Shown in pieces: positions 1 through 8,222 of a stretch of 32,000 nt of DNA. The notes below the pieces were generated by a model. It saw nothing but the letters and a program-made list of their open reading frames with translations, was not told where the DNA came from and did not search any database. The stretch covers positions 19,025 to 51,024 of the forward strand of contig CAYTKW010000007.1 in assembly GCA_964438815.1 (NCBI GenBank), read 5' to 3'. Each line of letters begins with the position of its first letter. Positions within the stretch are counted from its first letter, which is position 1. This stretch comes from an uncultured Bacteroidota bacterium (GTDB taxonomy: Bacteria; Bacteroidota; Ignavibacteria; Kryptoniales; Kryptoniaceae). Made by a program: the position numbers and the translations under genes.

Positions 1-1740
1 TGGGAATCCGCAAAGGAAACCAGCAATAGTGTGATTTTTGTCGTGAACAAGCTTGACGCTGAACATTCAAATTTTGATAATGTCGTAAACCAAATAAAGG
101 AAAGATTTGGACATGAAGCTGTTGTAGTTCAATTTCCAGTGAACCAAGGGACAAATTTTGATTCAATTGTTGATTTAATAAGGATGAAAGTTTTAAAATT
201 TTCAAAAGATTTATCCGGAAATTATACTGAAGAAGAAATTCCACAGGATTTACGTGAGAAGGCTGAAAAATTACGCGAGGAATTAATTGAATCAATTGCT
301 GAAACTGATGAAGAGCTTTTAAACAAATTCTTTGAAAATGGTGGATTGACTGATGAAGAGCTTAAAATTGGATTTATAAATGCGCTTGCTGAAAGAAAAA
401 TTTATCCTATCTTCTGCGCTGACGCCTACCATAACATTGGTGTTAAACCGATCCTTGACTTCATCGTTAATTATTGCCCCAGCTCGAACAAAAAAACTGT
501 TGAAGCAATTTTAAAAGACGATACATCCAAAACTGTTAAGTTAAACTATGACGCTTCATCCGAACCTGTGATTTTTGTCTTCAAAACTGTTTCAGAAGCA
601 CATGTTGGTGAGTTTTCATTCTTTAAAGTTTTCTCTGGGACGATAACGCGTGGGATTGACCTTGTCAACCAAAGCAATGGCACACTTGAAAGATTAAGCC
701 AGCTTTACATCATGAATGGCAAGGAAAGGAAAGAAGTTCAAAAGTTTTACGCTGGTGATATTGGCGCTGTTGTTAAACTGAAAAACACCCACACAAATGA
801 TACGCTTTCAACAAAAACATTCCCAGTGATTATTCCACCGATAAAATTCCCAGAACCCGTCATCCAGTTTGCAATTATCTCAAAGAATAAAGGTGAGGAA
901 GAAAAAATTGCAGCTGGTTTACATGCGCTTCACGAGGAAGACCCAACTTTTGTCTTCACAGTTGATAATGAATTGCAACAAACATTAATAAGTGGTCAAG
1001 GTGAAACTCATTTGATGATAATTGCGAAGAGATTAAAAGAAAAATATGGTGTTGAAGTTGAGCTTGGCGAGCCGAAGATACCATATCGCGAAACTATCAA
1101 AGGTAGAGCAAGAGAACAAGGTAAATATAAAAGGCAAACTGGTGGTAGAGGTCAATATGGCGATGTTTGGCTTGTGCTTGAACCATTGCCGAGAGGAGCT
1201 GGGTTTGAGTTCGTTGACGCGATAGTTGGTGGTGTCGTCCCAAGAAATTATATCCCTGCAGTTGAAAAGGGCGTAAGAGATACAATGGCAAAAGGAGTTT
1301 TGGCGGGTTATCCAGTTATTGATGTCAAAGTCACACTTGACTATGGCTCATATCATCCTGTTGATTCATCTGACCTTGCTTTCCAAATAGCAGCGTCAAT
1401 GGCATTTAAGAAGGCATTTATGAATGCAAATCCAGTTTTACTTGAGCCGATATATGAAATTGAAGTTAAAGTTCCGGAAGAATATATGGGAAGCGTAATT
1501 GGGGACATCTCAAGCAGGAGAGGTAAAGTTATCGGTATGACAGCGGAAGGTCCATATCAAGTTGTTAAGGCATATGTTCCGCAGAAGGAACTTTACAGAT
1601 ATTCATCTGCTTTAAGATCTTTGACCCAGGGTCGTGGGATTTTCACAGCTAAATTCTCACATTATGAAGAAGTTCCGAAAGAAATAGCCGATAAAATCAT
1701 AGCAGAGGCGCAGAAACAGAAGGAAACGATTGAAGAATAA
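1..1740 (+). CDS. fusA: Elongation factor G family GTPase, 5'-truncated by the window edge (probably an EF-G paralogue)
   Basis: Frame 1 is open from base 1 (WESAKETSNSVIFVVNKLD...), so the GTG at 31 in the ORF track is internal. NKLD matches the G4 motif NKxD. Domain IV/V signatures: KRQTGGRGQYGDVWL, GSYHPVDSSDLAFQIAA, LLEPIYEIEVKVPEEYMGSVIGDISSRRG. The TAA stop at 1738-1740 is followed by a hairpin terminator. Confidence 0.93.
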   Translation, partial: WESAKETSNSVIFVVNKLDAEHSNFDNVVNQIKERFGHEAVVVQFPVNQGTNFDSIVDLIRMKVLKFSKDLSGNYTEEEIPQDLREKAEKLREELIESIAETDEELLNKFFENGGLTDEELKIGFINALAERKIYPIFCADAYHNIGVKPILDFIVNYCPSSNKKTVEAILKDDTSKTVKLNYDASSEPVIFVFKTVSEAHVGEFSFFKVFSGTITRGIDLVNQSNGTLERLSQLYIMNGKERKEVQKFYAGDIGAVVKLKNTHTNDTLSTKTFPVIIPPIKFPEPVIQFAIISKNKGEEEKIAAGLHALHEEDPTFVFTVDNELQQTLISGQGETHLMIIAKRLKEKYGVEVELGEPKIPYRETIKGRAREQGKYKRQTGGRGQYGDVWLVLEPLPRGAGFEFVDAIVGGVVPRNYIPAVEKGVRDTMAKGVLAGYPVIDVKVTLDYGSYHPVDSSDLAFQIAASMAFKKAFMNANPVLLEPIYEIEVKVPEEYMGSVIGDISSRRGKVIGMTAEGPYQVVKAYVPQKELYRYSSALRSLTQGRGIFTAKFSHYEEVPKEIADKIIAEAQKQKETIEE

Positions 1741-1750
1741 TGTGAAAACA

Positions 1751-1782
1751 AAGGGGGCGCAAAGCCTCCTTTTTATTTTTTT
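1751..1782. terminator. Rho-independent terminator shared by the convergent EF-G and GT4 genes
   Basis: Stem GGGGGC (1753-1758), loop GCAAA, stem GCCTCC (1764-1769, one G-U pair), then TTTTTATTTTTTT. An A-rich run upstream gives a T-run on the opposite strand as well. Confidence 0.7.
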
Positions 1783-2897
1783 AGAAGTGACTCAATTGCA
1801 TTCGCAAGCTCATCCCAACTAAATTTACCCTTTTCAATTTTAATGTTTTCCGAGAATTTATCGCTTAAACCTTCCTTAAAGAATTTAACAACAGCTTTAG
1901 CTATTTCATTTGGATTTGGGTTAACAATAAACCCGGTTTCTCCATCAATTACAACTTCTGGAAGACCGCCAACATTCGTTGCAATTACAGGTTTGTTAAA
2001 GTTATATGCAATTTGGACAATTCCACTTTGCGTTGCAGATATATAAGGCAAAACAACTACATCACATGCGGAAAAGTAAATTTTAACCTCATCCATAGGT
2101 ATATATTCACTTTTAAAAATTACAAAATCAGCGATTCCTTCTTCTTCAACGATTTTATAATATCTCTTTGGGTCTTCATAAAATTCACCAGCTATTAAAA
2201 GTTTAACTGGGAATTCGCTTAAAATAAATTTCATCGCTCTTAAAATTATGTCAAGCCCTTTATATTCTCTTATATACCCGAAGAAGAGAAGCACTTTTTC
2301 ATCTGGCTTTATGCCAAGAATTTTGCGCGCTTCTTTTTTGTCAATTCCTTCACCGAAAATTCCATATACAGGGTGATAAACTTTTTGATATTTTGCGTTC
2401 GGTTTAAGTTTTGAGAGATCTTTTTCAACAATATCAGATTGGACTATAAAATAATCAGCGAAAGCGAAAGCAAATTTTGTCAAAAGTCCAGAAAGTGGAA
2501 ATTTTTCGTGAGGTGTTATGTTATGGCAAATGGAAATTATTTTTGATTTTGAAAAAGTCTTAACAATTGCCGAAATAACCCCGAAACATGGTGCAAGGAA
2601 GGGAAGCCAGTATTTGAAAATTACAAGGTCGGGCTTTTCTTTTGAAATTTTAAACCCTATGTTTACCCAATTTATGGGATTTATTGAATCAATAATTTGT
2701 TCGCTTTCAATTTTATCTGATTTAAAGTTTGGTTCAAATTGCGTTTTGCCTGGAAATAAAAGTTTGGGATATAGCCTTTTGAAGTTAAAAATTTTTACAT
2801 CGTGTCCGCGAGCTATTAAAGTTTTGTATAAAAGCTCTGTGTAATGCGCTATCCCTCCCCTGTATGGATACGATGGAGCAATGATGATTATTTTCAT
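1773..2897 (-). CDS. Glycosyltransferase, GT-B fold, family 4 (Glycos_transf_1)
   Basis: 374 aa. The N-terminus MKIIIIAPSYPYRGGIAHYT and the C-terminal EX7E-type region ATNVGGLPEVVIDGETGFIV are typical of GT4 enzymes. Only 8 bp separate it from the upstream GT2 gene. Confidence 0.88.
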   Translation of the reverse strand: MKIIIIAPSYPYRGGIAHYTELLYKTLIARGHDVKIFNFKRLYPKLLFPGKTQFEPNFKSDKIESEQIIDSINPINWVNIGFKISKEKPDLVIFKYWLPFLAPCFGVISAIVKTFSKSKIISICHNITPHEKFPLSGLLTKFAFAFADYFIVQSDIVEKDLSKLKPNAKYQKVYHPVYGIFGEGIDKKEARKILGIKPDEKVLLFFGYIREYKGLDIILRAMKFILSEFPVKLLIAGEFYEDPKRYYKIVEEEGIADFVIFKSEYIPMDEVKIYFSACDVVVLPYISATQSGIVQIAYNFNKPVIATNVGGLPEVVIDGETGFIVNPNPNEIAKAVVKFFKEGLSDKFSENIKIEKGKFSWDELANAIESLLKK

Positions 2898-2905
2898 AAC
2901 TATGG

Positions 2906-3871
2906 TCAGAGGTGAATTTCTTTAATTGAATAAGTTTCAAGATGTTGATAAGCTCTGGTTATCATCTCACCAAGCAATCCAATTGAAATAAATTGTATCC
3001 CTATAATCATCAACATAATTCCAACTGTGAAAAGGGGTCTATTGCTCAAGGATATGTTTTCAATTATTTTCAAAAGTGATAGATAAAGTGTAATTCCAAA
3101 TCCGAATAAAAATATAAAAATTCCAAGCGTCCCAAAGAAATGCAAAGGTCTTTTAAAATAACGAGTTGTAAACATAACTGTCAATAGATCAAGGAATCCC
3201 TTTAAAAATCTGCTCACACCAAATTTTGTCTTTCCATATTTTCGCGGATGATGTTGAACAACTATTTCACCAATTTTATATCCAGCCCAATGCGCAAGAA
3301 CAGGTAGATATCTGTGTAGCTCGCCGTATACTTTAATGTCTTGCGTTACAGTTTTTTTATATGCTTTTAAACCACAATTAAAATCGTGAATTTTTATCCC
3401 AGTGAGCGTTGAAACAACAAAGTTAAAAATTCGCGAAGGTATTGTTTTCGTTATCGGGTCATATCTTTTCTTTTTCCAACCCGAAACAAGGTCATAACCT
3501 TCGTCAAGTTTTTTGAGAAGGTTTGGTATTTCATATGGGTCGTCTTGTAAATCAGCATCCATAGTTATCACGACATCTCCTTTCGCATATTCAAATCCAG
3601 CTGCAAGCGCAGCGGACTTTCCGTAGTTTCTCCTGAAACTTATTATCTTGACATTTTTATTGTTTTGCCTCAATTTTTTTAAAACATCAAGCGAACCATC
3701 ATCCGAGCCATCGTCAACAAATATGATTTCATAAGAATAACGATTCGCTTTCACAACCTCTTTTATTCGCTCATAAAGCTCTTTCAGTGATTCAACTTCA
3801 TTGTAAAGTGGGATAACGATGGAAATTAAGCGTTTTTCTTCTGGTTTTGCTTTTTTTGAACTTGCAGGCAT
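2906..3871 (-). CDS. Glycosyltransferase family 2, polyprenyl-phosphate sugar transferase type (GtrB/ArnC/DPM1-like)
   Basis: 321 aa. GT-A motifs ISIVIPLYNE, FVDDGSDDGS and MDADLQDDP (DXD). Two C-terminal TM helices (FFGTLGIFIFLFGFGITLYL, LFTVGIMLMIIGIQFISIGLLG), as in membrane-anchored polyprenol-phosphate glycosyltransferases. Confidence 0.88.
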   Translation of the reverse strand: MPASSKKAKPEEKRLISIVIPLYNEVESLKELYERIKEVVKANRYSYEIIFVDDGSDDGSLDVLKKLRQNNKNVKIISFRRNYGKSAALAAGFEYAKGDVVITMDADLQDDPYEIPNLLKKLDEGYDLVSGWKKKRYDPITKTIPSRIFNFVVSTLTGIKIHDFNCGLKAYKKTVTQDIKVYGELHRYLPVLAHWAGYKIGEIVVQHHPRKYGKTKFGVSRFLKGFLDLLTVMFTTRYFKRPLHFFGTLGIFIFLFGFGITLYLSLLKIIENISLSNRPLFTVGIMLMIIGIQFISIGLLGEMITRAYQHLETYSIKEIHL

Positions 3872-4062
3872 AGTAAGTTTCCAATTGATTTTCTATCGTA
3901 TTAAAAATAAATCAACAAATGAACTTTTCAAAATGCCACCCAATATAAGGTTGGATTTAGTTGGTAAGGTGAATTCAGTATCTTTTCCAATGTATTCGTA
4001 TTTCATAGTTGAACATTTTACGCCTTTAGTGTTGGAAAGGAAATTCTGACTACAAGGCATAA

Positions 4063-4245
4063 TTATTCTATTTCAATATCTTGAACGCTACAATCAGTCT
4101 CGCAATTCACACAACGAATTAGACCTAACTCAATATCGCGAGTAAAGTCATCTTCGTATCCGATAATATTCCACCGCTTACTGTTTAAATGTTATACCAC
4201 CACACTTTGGGCATTTTCTTGATTTAAGAGTTCTTTTTCAGTCAT
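4063..4245 (-). pseudogene. Possible decayed small zinc-ribbon gene (open frame interrupted twice)
   Basis: The ATG at 4245 gives MTEKELLNQENAQSVVV*. Shifted by one base at the A-run, the same stretch reads KCPKCGGITFKQ*. A further frame continues as RWNIIGYEDDFTRDIELGLIRCVNCETDCSVQDIEIE*. Together these form a CPxC...CxxC ribbon split over three frames. Confidence 0.3.
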
Positions 4246-4492
4246 AAATATTCTCAAGCAAAGTTTTTATATGAAGTTCTAATGACAATCCCTTTTATTG
4301 CAAATCTATTCAAACCTTTCGTACAAGTTGCCTCTTGACAATTTTAAAAACATTTTCGGGTTTATTACACTAAAATTTTGTCAAGTTTAATTTTAATTTC
4401 GGGGGCAGATTTTGCAGATGTTAAAGTTGATATTAATTTTTTTATTTTTTAATTTTAAACTGAAAAAATCAAAAACATAAGGAGCACTTTAC

Positions 4493-4906
4493 ATGAAGGT
4501 TGAAAAGACACGCGAAGGCTACTTCAAGTTGGTTGCTTCCTACAAAAAAGAGGCTGGGGGATGGGCGTGGATAATTCACAGAATTTCTGGATTAGCTCTG
4601 ACGGCTTATATTTATGTTCATATCTATGCTTTATCTACATTGACAAAGGGTAAGGAAGCTTTTGACGCTGAGATGGCTTTGTTTCAAAAGCCATTGTTTA
4701 AGTTTCTTGAATGGATACTTTTTGCTTTTGTCCTTGCTCATACCTTAAATGGTATAAGGATTGTGCTTGTTGATTTTGGCAAAGGGGCATATTATCACAA
4801 AAAAGTTTTCGCATATCTTATGATAATTGGGATAATCGCTTTTCTTGTTATGGGCTACTTTATCTTTAGTTATGAGATACACCAAGCATTCGCTGGATTA
4901 ATTTAA
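4493..4906 (+). CDS. sdhC: Succinate dehydrogenase cytochrome b / membrane anchor subunit C
   Basis: 137 aa with three predicted TM helices. Conserved His residues in IIHRISG, YVHIYAL and LAHTLNGIR. AGGAG lies 8 nt upstream of the ATG. First gene of an sdhCDAB-ordered operon. Confidence 0.88.
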   Translation: MKVEKTREGYFKLVASYKKEAGGWAWIIHRISGLALTAYIYVHIYALSTLTKGKEAFDAEMALFQKPLFKFLEWILFAFVLAHTLNGIRIVLVDFGKGAYYHKKVFAYLMIIGIIAFLVMGYFIFSYEIHQAFAGLI

Positions 4907-4935
4907 GAACCTAAAACAAACTTGGAGGTTTTTCA

Positions 4936-5289
4936 ATGTCATTTAAATATTATGGTTCAAGAAAAAGCGGTTCAATCGGGTGGCTTCTTCAAAGGATAAC
5001 CGGCATTGTTTTAATTTTCGCTATGGTTGGACATTACATATTGATGCATTATACGCCTGAGACGGGTCATTCGTATGAACAATCTGTTATGAGATTTTCA
5101 AATGCATATTGGAAAATGTTTTATCTTACATTTGTGACGGTTGGTCTATGGCATGGATTAAACGGTGTTTGGTCAATTTTAAGAGACTTTAAAATGAAAA
5201 CATGGCTTGCGATCACGCTCTATGGGATAATTGTAATTTCTGGAATTGCATTTTGGGTTCTTGGTGTTAGCACAGCTTTACATTTTTAA
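4936..5289 (+). CDS. sdhD: Succinate dehydrogenase membrane anchor subunit D
   Basis: 117 aa with three predicted TM helices. His residues in VGHYILMHY and LWHGLNGV. GGAGG RBS. Lies between sdhC and sdhA. Confidence 0.85.
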   Translation: MSFKYYGSRKSGSIGWLLQRITGIVLIFAMVGHYILMHYTPETGHSYEQSVMRFSNAYWKMFYLTFVTVGLWHGLNGVWSILRDFKMKTWLAITLYGIIVISGIAFWVLGVSTALHF

Positions 5290-5325
5290 AGCACTTGTAA
5301 AACAAAATATTTAGAGGTGTAAAAA

Positions 5326-7083
5326 ATGATACATCAATTTGATACAGTAATTGTCGGAGCTGGTGGCGCGGGACTTCGCGCAGCACTTGAAATTCCGGAG
5401 GGTTATTCCTGCGCCGTTTTAACAAAGGTTTATCCAACAAGGTCACATACAGGAACTGCTCAAGGTGGTGTGTGTGCAGCACTTGGAAACGAAGAGGAAG
5501 ACTCTTGGGAATATCATTTTTTTGATACTGTTAAGGGAAGTGATTTTCTCGGGGATCAAGACGCAATTGAAATAATGTGTCAAGATGCGATAAGAGCGAT
5601 AATTGAGCTTGAACATATGGGTATGCCATTTTCAAGAAATGAAAAAGGATTAATAGCGCAAAGACCGTTTGGCGGTCATACGAAACCCAAAGACCCAAAT
5701 AATCCATTCGGCGAAAGAGTCCCTGTGAAGAGAGCTTGCTTTTCAGCTGACAGAACAGGGCATGTGATGTTGCAGACACTTTATGAAAATTGCATTAAAA
5801 GAGGCGTTAAATTCTTCCCTGAATTTTTCGTCACTGATTTAATTGTGCAAGATAATATTGTAAGGGGCGTTGTCGCAATTGAGATTGCAACTGGTGAGAT
5901 TCATATCTTCCACGCTAAAGCCGTGATGTTTGCAACAGGTGGATATGGTAGAGTTTATAAGATAACATCAAATGCTGTCGTTGGGACGGGCGATGGATTT
6001 GCAATTGTGTATAGGAGAGGTATACCGCTTGAGGATATGGAATTTGTTCAGTTCCATCCAACTGGCTTGTGGAGACTTGGAATTCTGGTTTCAGAAGCTG
6101 CAAGGGGTGAGGGTGGAGTGTTAAGAAATAAGTATGGCGAAAGATTTATGGAAAAATACGCTCCTACAATTAAAGACCTTGCCCCAAGAGATGTCATCTC
6201 AAGAGCAATGTATATAGAAATTCGCGAGGGTAGGGGAATTCAAGGACCAGATGGGACATATTATCTTTTGCTTGATTTAACACATCTCGGACCAGAAATT
6301 ATAAACAAGAAACTTCCTGAGATAACTGGATTTGCAAGAATTTACCTTGGCGTTGACCCAGTAAAAGAGCCTATCCCTGTTCAACCGACAACGCATTATG
6401 CTATGGGCGGTATACCAACAAATGTTGATGCTGAAGTTGTAATTGATGATAAAGGGACAAAGGTTGAAGGTTTTTACGCAGCTGGAGAAGTTGCATGCGT
6501 TTCTGTTCATGGTGCTAATCGTCTCGGAACAAATTCTTTGCTTGATATAATTGTCTTCGGACGTCGCGGTGGAAAGAAAATGGCAGAATATATCAAAGAA
6601 CGCGATTTCCCACCGCTTCCAAAGGATGCTGATGAATGGACAAGGAAAACAATTGAGAAACTGCTCACAAGTAATGGGAAAGAGCGCGTTTCAAGGATAA
6701 GGAAAGAACTTCAAGAGATAATGATGGATAATGTCTCTGTATTTAGAACTGCTGAAACGATAAAACAGGCAATTGAGAAAATTAAAGAATTGAAGGAAAG
6801 ATATAAAGAAGTCAAAATAGATGACAAAGGCAAAAAATTTAATACTGACCTAATTGAAGCAATTGAACTTGGCAATTTGCTTGACACGGCAGAAACGATT
6901 GCTTATAGCGCTCTTAACAGAACTGAAAGTAGAGGTGCTCACTATCGTGAGGACTATCCAAATCGTGACGATAAGAACTGGCTCAAGCATACTCTAATTT
7001 ACAAGAATGAGGACAAAGAACCAGTAATAAAATACAAGCCAGTAGTCATAACGAAAATTCAACCTATGGAAAGAAAATATTAA
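5326..7083 (+). CDS. sdhA: Succinate dehydrogenase / fumarate reductase flavoprotein subunit
   Basis: 585 aa. FAD fold DTVIVGAGGAGLRAA. Covalent-FAD His region RSHTGTAQGG. Also HPTG, ESRGAHYREDYP and GANRLGTNSLLD. Confidence 0.97.
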   Translation: MIHQFDTVIVGAGGAGLRAALEIPEGYSCAVLTKVYPTRSHTGTAQGGVCAALGNEEEDSWEYHFFDTVKGSDFLGDQDAIEIMCQDAIRAIIELEHMGMPFSRNEKGLIAQRPFGGHTKPKDPNNPFGERVPVKRACFSADRTGHVMLQTLYENCIKRGVKFFPEFFVTDLIVQDNIVRGVVAIEIATGEIHIFHAKAVMFATGGYGRVYKITSNAVVGTGDGFAIVYRRGIPLEDMEFVQFHPTGLWRLGILVSEAARGEGGVLRNKYGERFMEKYAPTIKDLAPRDVISRAMYIEIREGRGIQGPDGTYYLLLDLTHLGPEIINKKLPEITGFARIYLGVDPVKEPIPVQPTTHYAMGGIPTNVDAEVVIDDKGTKVEGFYAAGEVACVSVHGANRLGTNSLLDIIVFGRRGGKKMAEYIKERDFPPLPKDADEWTRKTIEKLLTSNGKERVSRIRKELQEIMMDNVSVFRTAETIKQAIEKIKELKERYKEVKIDDKGKKFNTDLIEAIELGNLLDTAETIAYSALNRTESRGAHYREDYPNRDDKNWLKHTLIYKNEDKEPVIKYKPVVITKIQPMERKY

Positions 7084-7103
7084 AAATAATTGAGGTCAAA
7101 AAA

Positions 7104-7829
7104 ATGAAGGTGACCTTTAGAATTTTCAGATTCAACCCCGAAATAGACAGCAAACCTTATTACAAAGATTATGAAGTTAACGCAGACCCTAAAGACCGCG
7201 TAATAGATGTGCTACATTATATAAAAAATGAAATAGACGGAACCTTAACATTTCGTCGCTCTTGTTTGCATGGAATTTGTGGTTCTGATGGGATGAGGAT
7301 AAATGGGAAAAATATGCTAGCTTGCTCAATTCTATTGCAAGACCTTGGTTATTCCGACAAAGACAAAACCTATAAAAAGCCTATATTTGTTGAACCATTA
7401 CCAGGGATGCCAGTGATAAAAGACCTTGTGACGGATTTTACCGATTTTTGGAAAAAGTATGAAGCTGTCAAACCGTATCTTATTACGAAAACACCACCAC
7501 CAGAAAGAGAACGCTTGCAAAGTCCTGAAGATGTTGAATTGATTATGGAAGCTTCAAAATGTATCCTTTGTGCGTGTTGCACAACAAGTTGTCCATCAAC
7601 TTGGTCAAATGATAATTACCTTGGTCCAGCTGCATTGCTTAAAGCTTACAGATTTATATTTGATTCAAGGGATGAGGCGGCGGATGAAAGGCTTGACATA
7701 ATTGATACGCCGGATGGGGTGTGGCGTTGTCATACCATATTCCATTGTGTTCAAGCGTGTCCCAAAGAAATTAACATCACTTGGCACATTTCTCAACTGA
7801 AGAAGAAACTCGTTGAAAGGGAAATTTAA
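7104..7829 (+). CDS. sdhB: Succinate dehydrogenase / fumarate reductase iron-sulfur subunit
   Basis: 241 aa. 2Fe-2S region SCLHGICGSDGMRINGKNMLAC. 4Fe-4S motif CILCACCTTSCPS. 3Fe-4S motif CHTIFHCVQACPK. Confidence 0.96.
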   Translation: MKVTFRIFRFNPEIDSKPYYKDYEVNADPKDRVIDVLHYIKNEIDGTLTFRRSCLHGICGSDGMRINGKNMLACSILLQDLGYSDKDKTYKKPIFVEPLPGMPVIKDLVTDFTDFWKKYEAVKPYLITKTPPPERERLQSPEDVELIMEASKCILCACCTTSCPSTWSNDNYLGPAALLKAYRFIFDSRDEAADERLDIIDTPDGVWRCHTIFHCVQACPKEINITWHISQLKKKLVEREI

Positions 7830-7835
7830 ATTGCA

Positions 7836-7862
7836 AGGGGCGGTTTTAGACCGCCCTTTTTT
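7836..7862 (+). terminator. Rho-independent terminator of the sdh operon
   Basis: Stem GGGCGG (7838-7843), loop TTTTAGA, stem CCGCCC (7851-7856), then TTTTTT. It begins 7 nt after the sdhB stop. Its T-tract overlaps the stop codon of the convergent DUF971 gene. Confidence 0.8.
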
Positions 7863-8148
7863 ATTCTTCTTTTAACCCCCTTAAATAATCAAAGCTATAA
7901 ATCCCTGTGTTATGCCCATCGCCCCATGTTATTTGAATTGCATAGTTTCCAACAAGGTTTATTTCTTTTATCTCATATTGACCTGAAACTGGCAATTCAA
8001 TAAGTGATTCTTCTTTTTCTGCAGAACAGGTAGCGCATGGACAATTATCGCGCAAAAATTTTAATGTGAATGTGCTTTCATATCCGTCGTTCCAAGTGAA
8101 TTTTAATTTGTCCCCATTTATCCTCTCAATTCTCGTCGGGTAAATCAT
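7861..8148 (-). CDS. DUF971 (gamma-butyrobetaine hydroxylase-like N-terminal domain) small protein
   Basis: Family-typical features are FLRDNCPCATCSAEKE and WGDGHNTGIYSFDYLR. I place the start at the internal ATG 8148 (MIYPTRIERING...). The first 28 codons of the track ORF are low-complexity and would overlap the divergent gene. Confidence 0.8.
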   Translation of the reverse strand: MIYPTRIERINGDKLKFTWNDGYESTFTLKFLRDNCPCATCSAEKEESLIELPVSGQYEIKEINLVGNYAIQITWGDGHNTGIYSFDYLRGLKEE

Positions 8149-8197
8149 TTGGTATAGAACCAAATTTGTTTTTAAATTTACTTTGAAAAATAAAAAA

Positions 8198-8214
8198 TTG
8201 AAATGAAATTTCAA
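8198..8214. promoter_or_regulatory. Candidate operator: perfect 7-3-7 inverted repeat TTGAAAT-GAA-ATTTCAA
   Basis: Read directly from the sequence. It lies in the 74-bp divergent region between the DUF971 gene and the radical-SAM gene, 9 bp upstream of the ATG at 8223. Confidence 0.3.
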
Positions 8215-8222
8215 ATCAACCA

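Noticed and set aside
3819-4049. A 76-aa plus-strand ORF bridging the GT2 start and the long intergenic gap.
   Set aside because: Its first third is antisense to the GT2 N-terminus. It has no RBS and no motif, and the sequence is low-complexity. The minus-strand small-ORF remnants explain the region better.
4418-4480. A 20-codon hydrophobic upstream ORF (MLKLILIFLFFNFKLKKSKT) whose stop overlaps the sdhC Shine-Dalgarno sequence. I considered it as a leader peptide.
   Set aside because: Its composition simply mirrors a T/A-rich promoter region. The only purine-rich stretch upstream (GGGGG) is 12 nt from the ATG. No attenuator-like alternative hairpins are visible. It is most likely fortuitous.
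7250-7330. Asp in place of the third Cys in the SdhB 2Fe-2S motif (CLHGICGSDG), considered as an unusual cluster ligand.
   Set aside because: As I recall, the same Asp substitution is the normal state in E. coli-type SdhB (CGSDG), so it is not anomalous.
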